In this document: in pieces, positions 17,232 through 30,958 of the stretch
Position numbering within the stretch: the first letter of the stretch is position 1
Layout of the letters: each line of letters starts with the position of its first letter
DNA from: Adineta vaga
Taxonomy: Eukaryota; Animalia; Rotifera
DNA length: 64,000 bases
NCBI GenBank assembly: GCA_021613535.1
Contig: CP075493.1
Coordinates: 7,626,001-7,690,000, forward strand
Direction: 5' to 3'
Program-made: the position numbers and the translations under genes
Notes under the pieces: model-generated
The model's database searches: none
What the model saw: only the letters and a program-made list of their open reading frames with translations
Told to the model about the DNA's origin: nothing

Positions 17232-19194
17232 TCATAACTGATCATCACTATCACTGCTATCACTGGATGAAAGTGTTATGATTTCAATATCATTTGTTTG
17301 AGATTGATTTGTTAAACAACATTTCGATCGTTTACGTTGACGTTGATTACTACTATTTGATAATAAAGAAGATGATGAACTATTACTACGTTTTCGACCG
17401 GAATTTTCATTAATTGATACTAAATTATTGGTAAAATTGGCGACTTCTTGCCAATAGTTTTCATCATCAATAGTTGATGCTGAAGGCGATTGATCAGTAA
17501 TACTGGTTTTTTGAACGCTATTTATGTTAGTTTGACTAACTGAACCATTAGAAAGTGGAGTAACAGGAACTGGTGAATTACTAAATTGCGGATTATTGCC
17601 TTCTATCACATCGTTATCTTCACATTCACTGCCAGATGAAAGAATAACACAATCACTATCATTAGATTGACGACAAGATTCTGTAAGAAAGAAAATAGAG
17701 AATTTAATAGTATCACTAAAACGAATGAGGCAGAAGATTGTATTAGTAAAAAAGAAACTGAACAATATTGATAATAATCGATTATAATAGAGTTTTGAAG
17801 GAAAGTTTCACAAATAACATACAATATATATATATATATATGTATATATAACTTACTAATCGGTATATTTTGTATCAACTCTTCTTCGTCTTCATCATCA
17901 CCATCATCACATCCATGTGAGGATGATGATGATGTTGTTGTATTATTACCATTATACGTTCTTTCTTGTTTCACATGATCTAATATATATTGACATTCAG
18001 ATAGATTTTTCGTTGATGTATCAATTTCTACAGTTGAACAATTGGTTGGAACATTGGATAGAATTGTTTTTAATCGTTTATCTACATGCAGAGTTTCATA
18101 AGAAGCTGGTTTTTTACATAATGGACATGTCCATTGTAAACGTCGTTCATTCATTTGTAGAAATGATCGTAGATCAAAACATGTTAGATGTGAACAAAAT
18201 GACGATTTTGTTGGAATAATAATTAATTTTTGTGTTATTGGACAAATTAATGAAACTCGATGTCGAGTTGTCATTAAACCAAGATCTTCAATTTCAATAT
18301 CACTATCATTATTGTCTTTTTTTGAACATTGTAATTCACGTTCAAGAATATTTTCACATAAACTTTCTAATGACATACAACGAACAAGTTGAATTGTTAA
18401 TGTATAGGATTTCGGTAAATTTTTAAATGACATATTATTTGGTGTCTGAAGCCAAAAATAGTTTAAACTATTATGTACATTTACTTTTGGAATGATTTTT
18501 TCCGTCATATCAGTTGGAAATGCAATTGAATGAGCTTGTGAACCAACTGTTTTTGCAATATTATTATTAATTATTGTTTGACCGTTGCATTGAATGAATA
18601 CGTATGGTGGTAAAACATCATTTTGTTTATCATGAATAATTGTTGGTGCAATACGAAGAAAAATTTTTGCAATACCTTTCATTATTAAATTCACATCGTA
18701 ATCGGTCAATGTAAAACTTAATGGTAAAAACGATTTCCTATCTACAGGCATATTTATACATTCAATTGTTCGAATTTTCTCATAGAAAGGTAACTGAACA
18801 TATTGAATTTGTTGTGGTAATGGTAAATTCTCAAATGACGAGGTTGGAGTTAAAACAATGGCGTGTTGATTAGAAAAATTTCGTAGTGATGTTGATGAAA
18901 GAGAAGGTGGTGGTCGTGATGAATTGATTCGTGCTATATTAATTTGATTGATTTTATTGAGCAATTGTGGAGTTAAATTTGAAGATATAAGAGTTTTACA
19001 ACGTTGAAATAACTCATTTTTATTACCTTGTCGAGAAAGGCATGCATATTCAAGCAAAGCCTAAAGAAAAGAAGTCGATTTTTCGAATACATATCGATAT
19101 TATTAAACTATTTTACTTGTAAATCTGGTACACGATATGTTTTGATTACATCAAGTGCATTCATTTTTAACAATAAATTTGCTGATGTATCCAT
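17232..19194 (-). CDS. PIAS: PIAS-family SUMO E3 ligase (SAP, PINIT-like, SP-RING, SIMs)
   Basis: SAP: YRVPDLQALLEYACLSRQGNKNELFQRC. SP-RING: VSLICPITQKLIIIP...CSHLTCFD...FLQMNERRLQWTCPLC. SIM-like motifs CVILSSGSE and IEIITLSSSDS. Confidence 0.9.
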
Positions 19195-21198
19195 ATTGTT
19201 TATTTCTTTTCTTCTGTTAATTAAATCATTTTTTCAGTTTTGAATTTTAAAAATTTGTCATTGTCATTGTAAGCAATTTGAAATAACGCATCTGATTCGT
19301 TAATGTTTATGATGAATAAATTTCTATTACAGGTGTAAAAGTAAGAAAATGAGTTTTGATGATAAATTTCTCTTAAATACCAAAATCATATTTGCCAATT
19401 AGAAATTTATTCGAAAAGTTTTTCATAGATAAATCCATCATCTACTGCTATCTATCGAAAAACTCGACAGCTGCTTATATTTACATCTATAAAGAGGAAA
19501 AAGTGAAATTTTTTTCTGTGTTAATAAGCTTTTCACTTATCATACTTCGAGTTTATCGGAAGAGATAATTGTGGAAACAAGCAAAAGTCCTTATATATCT
19601 TTATTTCATTCCAAGTTTCATATCAGTAGATATAAATCGAGTCGCGGTTGATATAATATCACATTTATGTTATTAAATCTATGATCGTAATCTTCAATTA
19701 TATCATCTAATCGTCGTCAGTACGAATAATATGGTAAAATAGAATAATCCCATAATTAGAAAATCTCGTTTTTTCTCTCTTTACAGCTGATTGTATCAAC
19801 ACAATGACATGAAAACATGGAAAAAAACGAGACGAGGCCATTTTCCATTTTTAATACTTCATTATTGTTTTCAAGTCGAATGACAACATCATGTAATATT
19901 ATCTCCTGAGATTATCTTTAATTTACTAGAGTTTTCTTCGTATACATATATATATATATATACGTCGTTCGAATCAAAAAAGATTCGCAATTATTTGATG
20001 TTTATTGACAAAAAAAACGAAGAAGAAATAATAACTCATTTGTGTTCTTTTCTTCACTTCATTTTCTTTTTTTTCTTTTTTTTCTCTTTTTGTTGTTTGA
20101 AGTCTAATATATAAACAATGATGAAGTATTGACAACAATCACGAACAGAGAAATGTTTGCATTGTGTGTCATAATGAATAGCAAGAGTAACATAACAAAT
20201 AACAATGAAGAAAATGAAGAATAGAGAATGACTTGTTCGTTACTATCGTTCACTGTTTCGAAAACATCAACATAATAATGAAATTCATATTCATATAAAA
20301 TACAAAATCAGTTGGATTTTTTTTTGAATTAGATATGTATATATAATAAATGAGTTAACCTTCAGTTTTTGCATAAGAAAGTTTGTGTAATTTCAACAAA
20401 CGTCCATTTTATTAATTAGACACTGATGACAATCTCACTAATGTTTATCAACTTTAGAATCGTTGTTGTTGCCGACAAAGTAAACGTTAGACAGAAGATG
20501 AATTTTCTTTCTCTCATTTTTTTGCACTTTCCTTGCTCTTCTCGTTCGCACGCGTTGATGTTTGCGTGCTACATCAGTCGCACTGACGAGAACAATTTAC
20601 TTGTCAAAAAATAACTCTATCGACTGATGTCGTCTGTTTCTACTGACGTTTCTTTCCTTGCAACGGCACTTACTCACACACGCACACTCACATCTTCTTT
20701 CGATTTAAACATAACTTAGCTCTACGAGATATATCTGGTGCAGGTATTATAGGAAAAAACGAGAAGTAAAAGAAACAAAAAAATGTAGCGAGAGATCAAT
20801 CTGAATGATAGAATGAAAAAAGAAGTAGTAGAAAAAGAAGAAGAGAAAACACTCGTACGTCTCTTCTAGTAGAACGACAAAGACATAAGCACACATGAAA
20901 GTGTGCATAGTACCTTTCAATTTTCTCTTCACTCGTGTAGTTAGAGAATATACATGTAGAAACTACAAAAGCGACCTTTTCTTTTATTCTCTTCTTCTTC
21001 TTCTTCTTTCGTTCCTGTTGTCTGCCTGATGATGAAGAATTTCATGTGCGTGACCGTCGTTGAAACGGGCGTGTATCATTCTTTTTCTTCTTTCTAAGAT
21101 TTCTTGTACATATTCAAAGAAATTCTATCCTATGTTCAATAATCAAGTAAAGATTATACTTTCGATTTTGTATTTAGATAAACATTTTTCATATACAA

Positions 21199-24100
21199 AT
21201 GGCATCATCACCTTCAGCATATCTTTTTCATGGACCATCACCAATACTTGGTTCAAAATCAATTCTGATTAAGCAAACACCACCAACAATTCTTCATCCT
21301 TCTATGCATCGACCTCCATCATCAACACATGTTCATCAACAAATGATTAAATCAATGTCACATAACGATACATTTCATCCATTAACAGTTACAACGACAA
21401 ATAATGGAACATCATTATTACCAACAAATCATAATAATGATGATAGTGGTAGTGGCTCAAATGGTCATAGTCTTTCTCAAAGTATGGAATCAATCAATAA
21501 TATTGGATTACCAGATGATGAGGTAAATTGATTCTCTTATAGTTCTTATATCTTTAATTACATTGATTTATTTATTTATCTTTTCGTCCCTGTCGTTTCT
21601 TTCTCATGTTATATTCATGTACATATGTCAAGATTCTAATCATTGATTCTTTTGACACAATTATTATTCTAATGATGAAAGACATCAATATGAATGTTTT
21701 TTAGAGAATTTTATCGTTAACTTTTGTTTATCTTCGAAGAAAAATGATGATTAAAATCAATAGAAGACCTTAACCTTTTAGTTATTAGTTGAAATAGTTT
21801 GATTTGTATATGATGTGTACATATTATTATCTTTAATAATCGAAGAAAATTGGAATGTGTTAGACGAGAAAACTTCCGCGCGATTGACGATTCTTTAGCC
21901 GATCGTCGATGCTTTTCTATGAATTGTATTATTGAATCTAGGGCGAACATATGTAGTTAATGGGCCACAAGATGGAAAATCCGACCGACCGTATATTAAT
22001 TACTTAAATGTACAGCTGCCTTTTTCTCTCTCTAATAACTGAAAAGAGATAGAAGATGGGATAGCTGAGAAAGATAAATTTCTTCGTAAATTAAAATCAA
22101 GTTTTCTTTTTTGTATCTAATTATCTTTTAGATCTCTTTACTACCAATGTTTATTATCATATCGGGAAATTCGATTTATAAATAGATAAATGACAATGAT
22201 ACCTGAAGATATTTTCGAGAATATGATTGTTCACACTTACATAAATGACAGTTACTCTTTTAGCAATGACTTTGCCTGCTTGATTACTATCGGTTAGAAC
22301 TTGTGAAATAGTTAAGAAAGAACGCAATCTTTTTTTTGGCTCCTATTGAATATTAATTGACATTTACGGTTGATACCTTGAGGTAATTTATGATTGTTAA
22401 AAGAAAGTTATGAAAAATTCAAATCGACGATTAGAAAAACCAAGAGTATGGGACCAGATGGAATTTTTATAGATATTATTTGTTAGTAACACTCTTCAGT
22501 TCTATACATATACATATGTAGAACTGAAACAATAGAATATTAAGAAAAAACAGTCTATTAGGATAATTTTATTTACAGAATCTTCTTTTCCTTTTTTTCT
22601 CGTATTTTTTTTGTGTTTCTTTTGTACAGAAGAATGTCACATATATACAGATCGACGCAAGAAAAGCAGTAGCCTATCGAATACATATATACAAACGACT
22701 AGATCAGTTTTCGTACTATCATAATGGAAACAATTGTTCACAATAGAGAAATGAATAATACGATAGATGATATAGATTCTAGGTAAGAAATTTTTTGTTT
22801 AAACTTGGCAATGCCAATCATAGGAGACGATTTTATCTCGTATCAATTTACTCATCGATAAATTGCTATCATGTAATCGATCGGATTTGACATTCTTTCT
22901 TGTTGAGGAATGTAATCATCTGTCTAACTAATGAGATATTTTAGAGATATCAGTCATGTCAATTAATCGTTTGGTCATCTTTTCGATTGACTGGACTTTA
23001 TAATAGAAATCAGTCGGGCATTATTTACTGATTTTTTTTCCTTCTTTTTCTTCTTCTTCTTCTGTCTAATTGAAAATGACTTCCGACTAGCGCCTACTTT
23101 TCATTTAAAGGTACATTAAACTTTTTTTTATACATGACAAGTGATCAAGGCATTTGTTCGTTCCAATCGATTTCTTTTTTTTTCTTTTATTACCAATTGA
23201 TTTCCGGTCCCCGTTTTTCCTTCTGCATCTAAAAAATTCTTCTTCTTTCTTTTCAAGAAATTTTTCAACGGAAGAAATAGTAGAGTGTCGAGAAAGAAGA
23301 CCTTTCTATTGCTTTTCTTCTTCTTCTTCTTCTTCTTCTTCTCTTATTCATTGAAGTTGAAACAACAGTGAGCAGTAACTACATTCCTTGTTCTTACCAT
23401 TTCTCGCCTTACCTATTTAAATTGATATGATGATTTGTATGTGCTTGTGGCGGCAAACAAACGAGCAATATTCCTACTACTGCACATATTTAGTATCGTC
23501 CTCTCTTTTCAATCGTTATTAAACATATATTTATATTGATTGTGTGGGCGAAGAGGTATAACGAAAAAGAATAAAAATCTTTTCGTCAATTCCAATCAAT
23601 TCGTTCTATTATATCCTGTCTATTCTTATAGTCATTGTTACAAAATGAAGAGTTCGACTGATGAATTAAACGAAGTAAGTAAGAAAAATAGAATTGAAAT
23701 ACAACACACAAAAAAACTCTCTTTTCAAAGCACTTTTACACACATATGATTAGCACGTAACCTTTTAAAGCACTTCTAGTCGATGATGCTTGTGCACTAG
23801 TATCACTCTATACACAATAAGCACCTTAAACACAAAAAAAAGGAAATCATCATTTGTTTTTTATGATAGGAAACTCGATCGATTCCAAAATTATTCACTG
23901 CTTTGTTTTTTCTTCATGTATGCGCTTGTGCATGTGTGGATGTCATTTTTAGTTTAGTACAAGAAATCGAGAAAATACCATCTGATTTCTCAACAAAGAT
24001 AATTATTCCCTGGATAAATGATTCAGAAAATTAAGCAGTAACAGATTGCTTAGTCGACTAGATATCTAAACAAAGAGAGATATGTTTTATTATCCAATAC

Positions 24101-26414
24101 GAGAGAAATAGAAATCTAAGCTAATAGAAAGATACCATGATGTTAAGATGATTAGAAATCATTCTTTCTTTTACAAGATTATTTGAATTTTTCCAGTTAG
24201 AAATGTAAAAATATCGTTTTATTATTTCAAATTACATTCAAAATCGATCAAATAATACTACATATATCTTGTTTGTCTATTATTCTTTCTTGAAAAAGAA
24301 TTAAATTAGTTTGAAACAAGTGCTTGATTTATTCTTTTCTTTCTACACATATCAATTGAAGCATCTAGTGCGCATTGTAAAAGAATGTCAACATGCATGT
24401 CGTGTAAGATAGTGGATAAATCTTAAGAATATATCTAAATCTTCATTTTTCTTTTGATATGCTTGAAAAGAAATCTTTTGGTCGTTTTTTTTCCATCAAC
24501 TAATTGAAAAGCATTATAAACATCGACACACCTGATGCGCATATGCATGTTAGATCAACATCTCGACTTATTCTTATTATTACCAATTGTATAAACAACA
24601 TTTTTTTCATCTTTCTTGGATTTTTTTCTCTTTCCCTATGCCTCCTTCTCTCTCGCTCTTGCTCTCTCTCTCTCTGTCTCTTTCGATCTTTTTATGTTCT
24701 TTTCGTCGTCACTTGTCTTCACCCTTCGCATCACTGCTTTCCCTTTCTCAATTAGAAAGAACTGTTCACATTAAGTGTGTCATTCACATAACTGATCAAA
24801 AAAAATAACAAAATTTTTTTATCATCGTCTTTTCAATTGTCACATACGCACATAAAACGAGAGAGAGAGAGGGAAAGCGAAAAAGCGTAAGATGACACAA
24901 GAAATTATTGTCGAGAACGGTAGTGCAACTAACAGCATCAACAAAAAAGCACTCTGCTTAAATAGCAACAAAATGCACTTCGTTTATCGACGACCGGTAC
25001 GTGTGTTTGTGTGTGTCTAGACCACGAAGAATTCATTATAGATAATTAAAAGATTTCAGCAATTATCTTCTTCTTATACTTTAGGTTCGAACTTTATTCG
25101 TCTCTGGATTACCAATGGATGCTAAACCACGAGAACTCTATCTTCTCTTTCGGGGCTATAAAGTAAGCAGTTTTAGATGATTGACACCTTGTCTTAAAAT
25201 GTATGATTCAGTTGAGAATATGTTTTTTTTTCTTCTCTTCCATATATTTGATTAAATTAGTTATTGAATATGACAAGAAGAATTGTCTTTTTGTTCATAG
25301 GGTTATGAAGGAAGTTTACTTAAAGTAACTAATAAAAATGGCAAAAATCTTTCACCTGTTGGATTTGTTACATTTACCAGTCGTGTGGATGCGAGACAGC
25401 TAAACAAGAACTAACAGTAAGCTTTTTCTTATACTATAAAATAAGGACATATCAATTGAATCTATTTTAGGGAGTTCGATTTGATCCTGATCTTCCAGCG
25501 ACACTTCGTCTTGAATTTGCAAAATCGAATACGAAAGTACAAAAACCGAAACATTCAACACAACATCAATTGACAACTGCAACTCAACAATTTATTCAAA
25601 TTCCACGTAAATTCTCCTTTTAAATAAAATATAATATCATCCATAAAATGAAATAATATCTTTAGAAGAATTAGGCACTACTTTCTTTCCAACTGAAGCA
25701 TGGGGTCAACCACTAACATTCGATTTAGCTTCAGCTGGTCTTCATCATCCAGCATTATTACATACTGCTTTACATGGACATCCGATGGTAAGTTCTTCTT
25801 CTATCGAGAAATCTTGAACAGATCAAAAGTAATAATGACTTATATTATTTAAGTTCTTGAGAACTTAATTGAATTCTTCGTGTAAGTATCTAAATCAGTC
25901 AAATGATCACATCATCCACTGTGAAAGCAATGATTTCTTCCTTTCTTTTGTTTTTGTTATACATACTCGAATTATATTAATAATTATTATTATGATCATC
26001 TCTCTATTGCTACACACCAATCAGAGCATCAAGACCTACCACTGTTCTGTGTGAGAAAGATTCATTGATTTCGATCATATGCTCGCGCATATCCATCAAA
26101 TAATTCACTCGTTTGCTTGCTACACGATTGAATCATCATTTGACAATTGATTTATTCTCGTTAATTCGTATTTTATAGAGTTTGGGTCATCATCCACTCG
26201 CAGGAACACAAGGTATGACTCAACTTCAACAATCAAATCCTACTGTTACGATGACGAATGGTCAATTGAATGGTGGTTGTTCAACCTTATTTTTAACTGG
26301 AATTCCTGAACATGATTTCAAGAACATGTCATTTGCATTGTAAGTTTATGAGAAAAAAAACTCGTTAAAAATTTGTCTTTTGTCCACTTCTAAAGACCTG
26401 GAAAAGCTCTTTGA
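21199..26414 (+). CDS. cpo: Couch potato / RBPMS / mec-8-like RRM protein (1-nt frameshift in this sequence; possible extension to 26591)
   Basis: [11 protein letters not shown]...DDE|[26 protein letters not shown]|[25 protein letters not shown]...|[27 protein letters not shown]. Further exons near 25666, 26179 and 26396. Confidence 0.9.
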
Positions 26415-26811
26415 CAATCAACATATGATTCGCATGAAGATTCTTCGTTAATTCCAGTTAAACAAATAGTTCTTTCTACTCTTAATAATAAACAACAAGT
26501 CTTCTTAAAACGATCTGTGGACGAAAGTTGCGATGATGACAATGATGATGATGATAATAACAATAATCATGTAAAACGTCTACGACAGTGATAAAATTTG
26601 AATCTCATGATGAATCATAAATGTTGCCTTCTTTGTCTTTGTATAGTGTATGTAAGACATCATTTATTGATATATGTATTTTTCTTCTCTTCATTTTCTT
26701 TGACCTTTTTTTTTCTTTGCTCCGTCCATTTGCGCGCTGCATTTTTGTTGAGTCGTTTGTTTGATTTTGTAAAAGAACCAAAAAGAAAAATTTATTCAGA
26801 ACCAAAATATT

Positions 26812-27973
26812 TTATTCAATTAATTGTTCAGATGAAATAGAAAAAAAATCCGATGACAAAATACTAGGTCGATGGGATGATGTATAAAAATATGTCAAAT
26901 AGGGATTTTGTCGTTCGATATAAGTTGGATTTTCATCTAGAATCATTTCTGATTGATGTCGAGTAAGAAGATTGATTTGATTAGTAAACAAAGTAAGATC
27001 TTCATTAACTGGATTCGATGTAACAGAAATTTGTTGAATGATAGGTAAAGATTTTTGTGGTGGACGACGAAAATGTCTTCGAATAATTAGTTTACGAATT
27101 GTCCATGGCATTTGTTCATGTGTTTTCGTTTGATTAGCAAGAGCTTTCCAACGTTCAAGAGTTTGCTGATCCAATGATGAACGACGACGAAGATTATGAG
27201 TTAAAGGAGGTTCAGCAGTCGACAATGTTCTCACAATTTGACGAGAATCTGAACGACTACGGAAATGACGAGGATCATCTTCTAATGAGAAGAGAGTTTC
27301 ATTCGTTAAGCGACGATGACGATTCATTGTTGCTAATTGTTTTTCAATATGACGAATACGAACAGTTTCATCACGATTTAATTTATCTGTCGTCTGATTA
27401 GTTGTACCCAAATAGATATCCCATAGACGAGCACGTTTTTGTTTATCAACTAATTCTTCTAGGAAAAAAAAAGATATCTTTTTTTTAATGAGATCGATTG
27501 ATTAATTCAACTATCTTTATGATCGTGCTAAATCTACAAATCATTCACATCGGAAAAGTGTCTTCGAGCATTATCTAATGATATTCATATTTAGACGAAC
27601 ACGTCTCACTATCCGATGAAATGTTGTTTTCTTCCGACTCAAAAGAATATCACGTACAGTACTTTCTCAATATGCAAATGAATGAATTATAATTCAAAAT
27701 AATTCTCTCAAAGAAAAAAATTTCACCTAGAATTTCTTTCGTATTTGTATGATCTCGTAAGTTTCGAATGAGTAATTTCGTTCGCCGTCTTGCTGATTCT
27801 TCAATTGTTTCTGAACGTGCTCTCATTTGCATTCCTAACATAAATACAATTCCAACTGAATACCAAAGTAAAACAGCGACTATATAGACCATTGCCCCAC
27901 TATTATCATAACCATTTGATGTAGGATTGATAATCGGCGTTGTTTCATCCGTTATCGAATTCGTTTTATTCAT
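26812..27973 (-). CDS. Uncharacterised single-pass membrane protein, paralog B
   Basis: Two exons with the same intron position as paralog A. N-terminal NKT sequon; TM AMVYIVAVLLWYSVGIVFML; shared cytoplasmic motifs. Confidence 0.75.
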
Positions 27974-28956
27974 TCTAGATTTTAGAAAATGCAAGAAAAT
28001 AAATAAATTCCAAACATCGAGATTTACCTGAATTGAGAAATGAAAATACAAGTGTCTTCGATTTACATGTGTGATGATAACAAGAACCTTCTCTCTTTCT
28101 TCAATAGCAAAGATAGAACATCAATCGAGTTTTGATGATTAATGAAACCATCACCTTTCTTTTTGTATTCTTTCGAGGTAAAATGTAGAAAGAGAACATA
28201 GATATCTTTAATGAGAAAAATGGCATCTGACAATAAAACAAAACGTAATATCAGTCTGAATCGACCATAAAAACTAGGATTTTCTTTTCGTATTGAAATA
28301 GTTTCAATACCACTGATAAAAAACACAAGGTTAAATAGTATGCATATGAATCTTCAAGATAATTTTTATGATTTCTACGCATAATATCATTGAGCTGATG
28401 AAATATGCTTGTAGAAACAACATTCAAGTACTCGAATTCCATTAGTTTATACGGTAACAGTAAACATCATGTGCCTTTCAAACTGTTGAACTCTATGACA
28501 TATTTCTTTCAATTGAACGATACTATCACGATATATGTTTCTATTACCATTCTTATTTACGTCAACCATAGTTTTGTTTTTCAATATGATGTATAATGCG
28601 TGGACAGATCTTTGCATATAGATTGTCAAAAACATGTTGTTGTCGACAGAGGTTACGCCTTTATTTTCTTATTCTCTATTTAGATATTTTAGGATGTCTA
28701 ACAAAATACTCGATAGATGCTATCTACTCTTTCTTAGTTGGAGAGTAAGAATATTTGTATAGTATCACGAGACTTTGAATGCCAAAAACAAGTGCCCTGG
28801 AAATCGATGTATATATATATACAACATTTATTGTCATATTTCATATAAACTGTTGTTTTTCAATTAATAATATTCTAAAATAGACCAAAGTTCTCGTATT
28901 TAGATTAAATTCTTTTATGCAAATAAATTGAATAGAGCAATACATTTGTAATAGAA

Positions 28957-29790
28957 ATGATTTTAAGCGATTTTATCTTGTATCTTTCTATATTATTCAT
29001 TTCTTATCCCAAATATATTTATGCAATTCAATGTCATGTATGTATTACAAAAGTTTTCGATCACCATATTGACAGTAATAATCTTCCGTTTCCAACTGAA
29101 GAAGATTGTCATATAGTTCAAGCACATTTTGGTTGTTATATACATATTGATTGGTTCGACGATGGAACAAGTGCAATTAATTATAATATCGATCCACCTG
29201 TTCCATTTAATAGTATTACAACCGTGATAGAACGTCGAATGACTATTAATACGGGTGAATATGCAACTCGTAAATCGATTAGATATGGTTGTAAATCGAA
29301 TCGAACTGCTTGTAATAGTATTGATCATATAAAACGTGCGATGAATTCCGTAACATTTCCATCACTTGAAAAAATCAAGCAATTTGATAGTTTACTTATT
29401 TCAACGAAACATTTCACTGCTAGTTCTTGTCTTCAAACATCTAATATGAAAAATTGTTCTCAAACAAACCTAACGAATTGTCAGCAATGTGTGAGTATGA
29501 TTCGATATTCTGATCGTATGAATGTATGTAGTTCATGTACATCTAATATAGTGAAAAGAAATTATTTTATTTATCGTACCATTTTCCATATCAATATGGT
29601 TACTCGAGTTGAAGAAATTACAATTGGCTGTCAAAATGGTGAACCATGTAATAAAAGAAAGAATATTGATCAAATTAAACAAGATTTAAAGATAACATTG
29701 AATTTATTAAAATTTTATCGTTCAATAGCATCAGCAATGAAATCAACGTGTTTGTTATTATTTACAATAGGTTTTCTTAGAATACTTTGA
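28957..29790 (+). CDS. Secreted/GPI-type Cys-rich protein with two three-finger (Ly6/uPAR)-like units, paralog 1
   Basis: Intronless, 277 aa. Signal peptide, then IQCHVC, two units each ending C...CN, and a hydrophobic C-terminus. Confidence 0.7.
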   Translation: MILSDFILYLSILFISYPKYIYAIQCHVCITKVFDHHIDSNNLPFPTEEDCHIVQAHFGCYIHIDWFDDGTSAINYNIDPPVPFNSITTVIERRMTINTGEYATRKSIRYGCKSNRTACNSIDHIKRAMNSVTFPSLEKIKQFDSLLISTKHFTASSCLQTSNMKNCSQTNLTNCQQCVSMIRYSDRMNVCSSCTSNIVKRNYFIYRTIFHINMVTRVEEITIGCQNGEPCNKRKNIDQIKQDLKITLNLLKFYRSIASAMKSTCLLLFTIGFLRIL

Positions 29791-30050
29791 TTAATTGACA
29801 GATAAATGCGTATTGCTTTTTATATATCTCATAAAAGTTGACCGAAGCGTTATGGATGTCATTTGTTATGCAGCATTGACATTTTCTTTTAAATAAAACT
29901 ATTTTAAATTCGTAATGAGGTATCATTCTTTCGGAAAAGTATTTGCCTTTGCATACGATATATATATATATATATTATTGATAGAAATAAAAGAAAGACG
30001 CACATTACAACAATCAACGATTACGACATAATTGACAGAATTCAATCTCA

Positions 30051-30958
30051 TTATGAACGATAACATGGCATCACTGTGGCTTTCAAGAATTGTCTTAAAT
30101 CATGTGAATACAAGAAGAGATCAATGATATCACATAGAAGACTTATTTCAGCTAGAAGAGACAAAATTCTAATGATAAATAAATCGACTGCAATATAAAC
30201 CAACCGAACTGATATAGGCAGGACACCAACCTATAATAAACACAAAAAACATGATAACCATATGTCGAAGCAAATGAACATCTCGGCGACTAAGTTTGGA
30301 TTGTTGTTCAGTATTTTTATTTACGGTCATTGCTTCGGTTCTTGGTTGAATACGACGTGTTGAAGACCGTACATGTTTGAAAATAATCATATTAATAGTA
30401 ATATAAACTAATACCGGTATTACTATAATGATCACCAGTATATAATAGGACATCCACCAAGAGATATCACAAACCTATAAATAGTGTAGAAAAACTTGAA
30501 TCAAATAAAGAAAATTTTTTTACGGTCGGATTTCGAATAAATATTGGTAATGATATTAAAATACCAACTAACCATTGACATAGGATACACATGCATATCC
30601 ATAGTTTGCTTTTGAAAAACGTTCTATTGAAATATAAAACACAACATAATCGATGAATAGAAACTACCATTAATGCCAATGGTACTTGAAGTGTACACAT
30701 TATCTGTGCATAAAACACAATAGAACATGTGCTGATATGATAAAATTGACGAACATTGACTTTCACTATAATAATAGATACAAACCAATGCATGGAACAG
30801 CACAGTATAGCCATACACACATTGAGAGTAAAAGCATGTATACGATCACGAAAACGAGGAATAAATATATGTGGAATAGAATAGACAAGTGTTAGAAGAA
30901 TTATAATTGAGAACATAGTGAATTGAAGATTTGTCACTATAGTTGAAGCATCCACCAT
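30051..30958 (-). pseudogene. Rhodopsin-like GPCR (rotifer-expanded type), frameshifted between TM6 and TM7
   Basis: TM3 VSIHRLCCVLY; TM6 HMVIMFFVFIIGWCP. TM7/helix 8 (ILSLLAEISLLCDIIDLFLYSHDLRQFL) is in a different frame after about 30200. One intron at about 30523-30477. Confidence 0.7.

Noticed and set aside
17606-17855. Hydrophobic C-terminal tail of the 483-aa PIAS ORF
   Set aside because: It is translated intron (gtaagt near 17855, TA repeat, acceptor near 17683); the real C-terminus is in the 17232 ORF.
26412-26414. UGA as selenocysteine
   Set aside because: No recognisable SECIS in the short downstream region, and RRM proteins of this family are not known selenoproteins.
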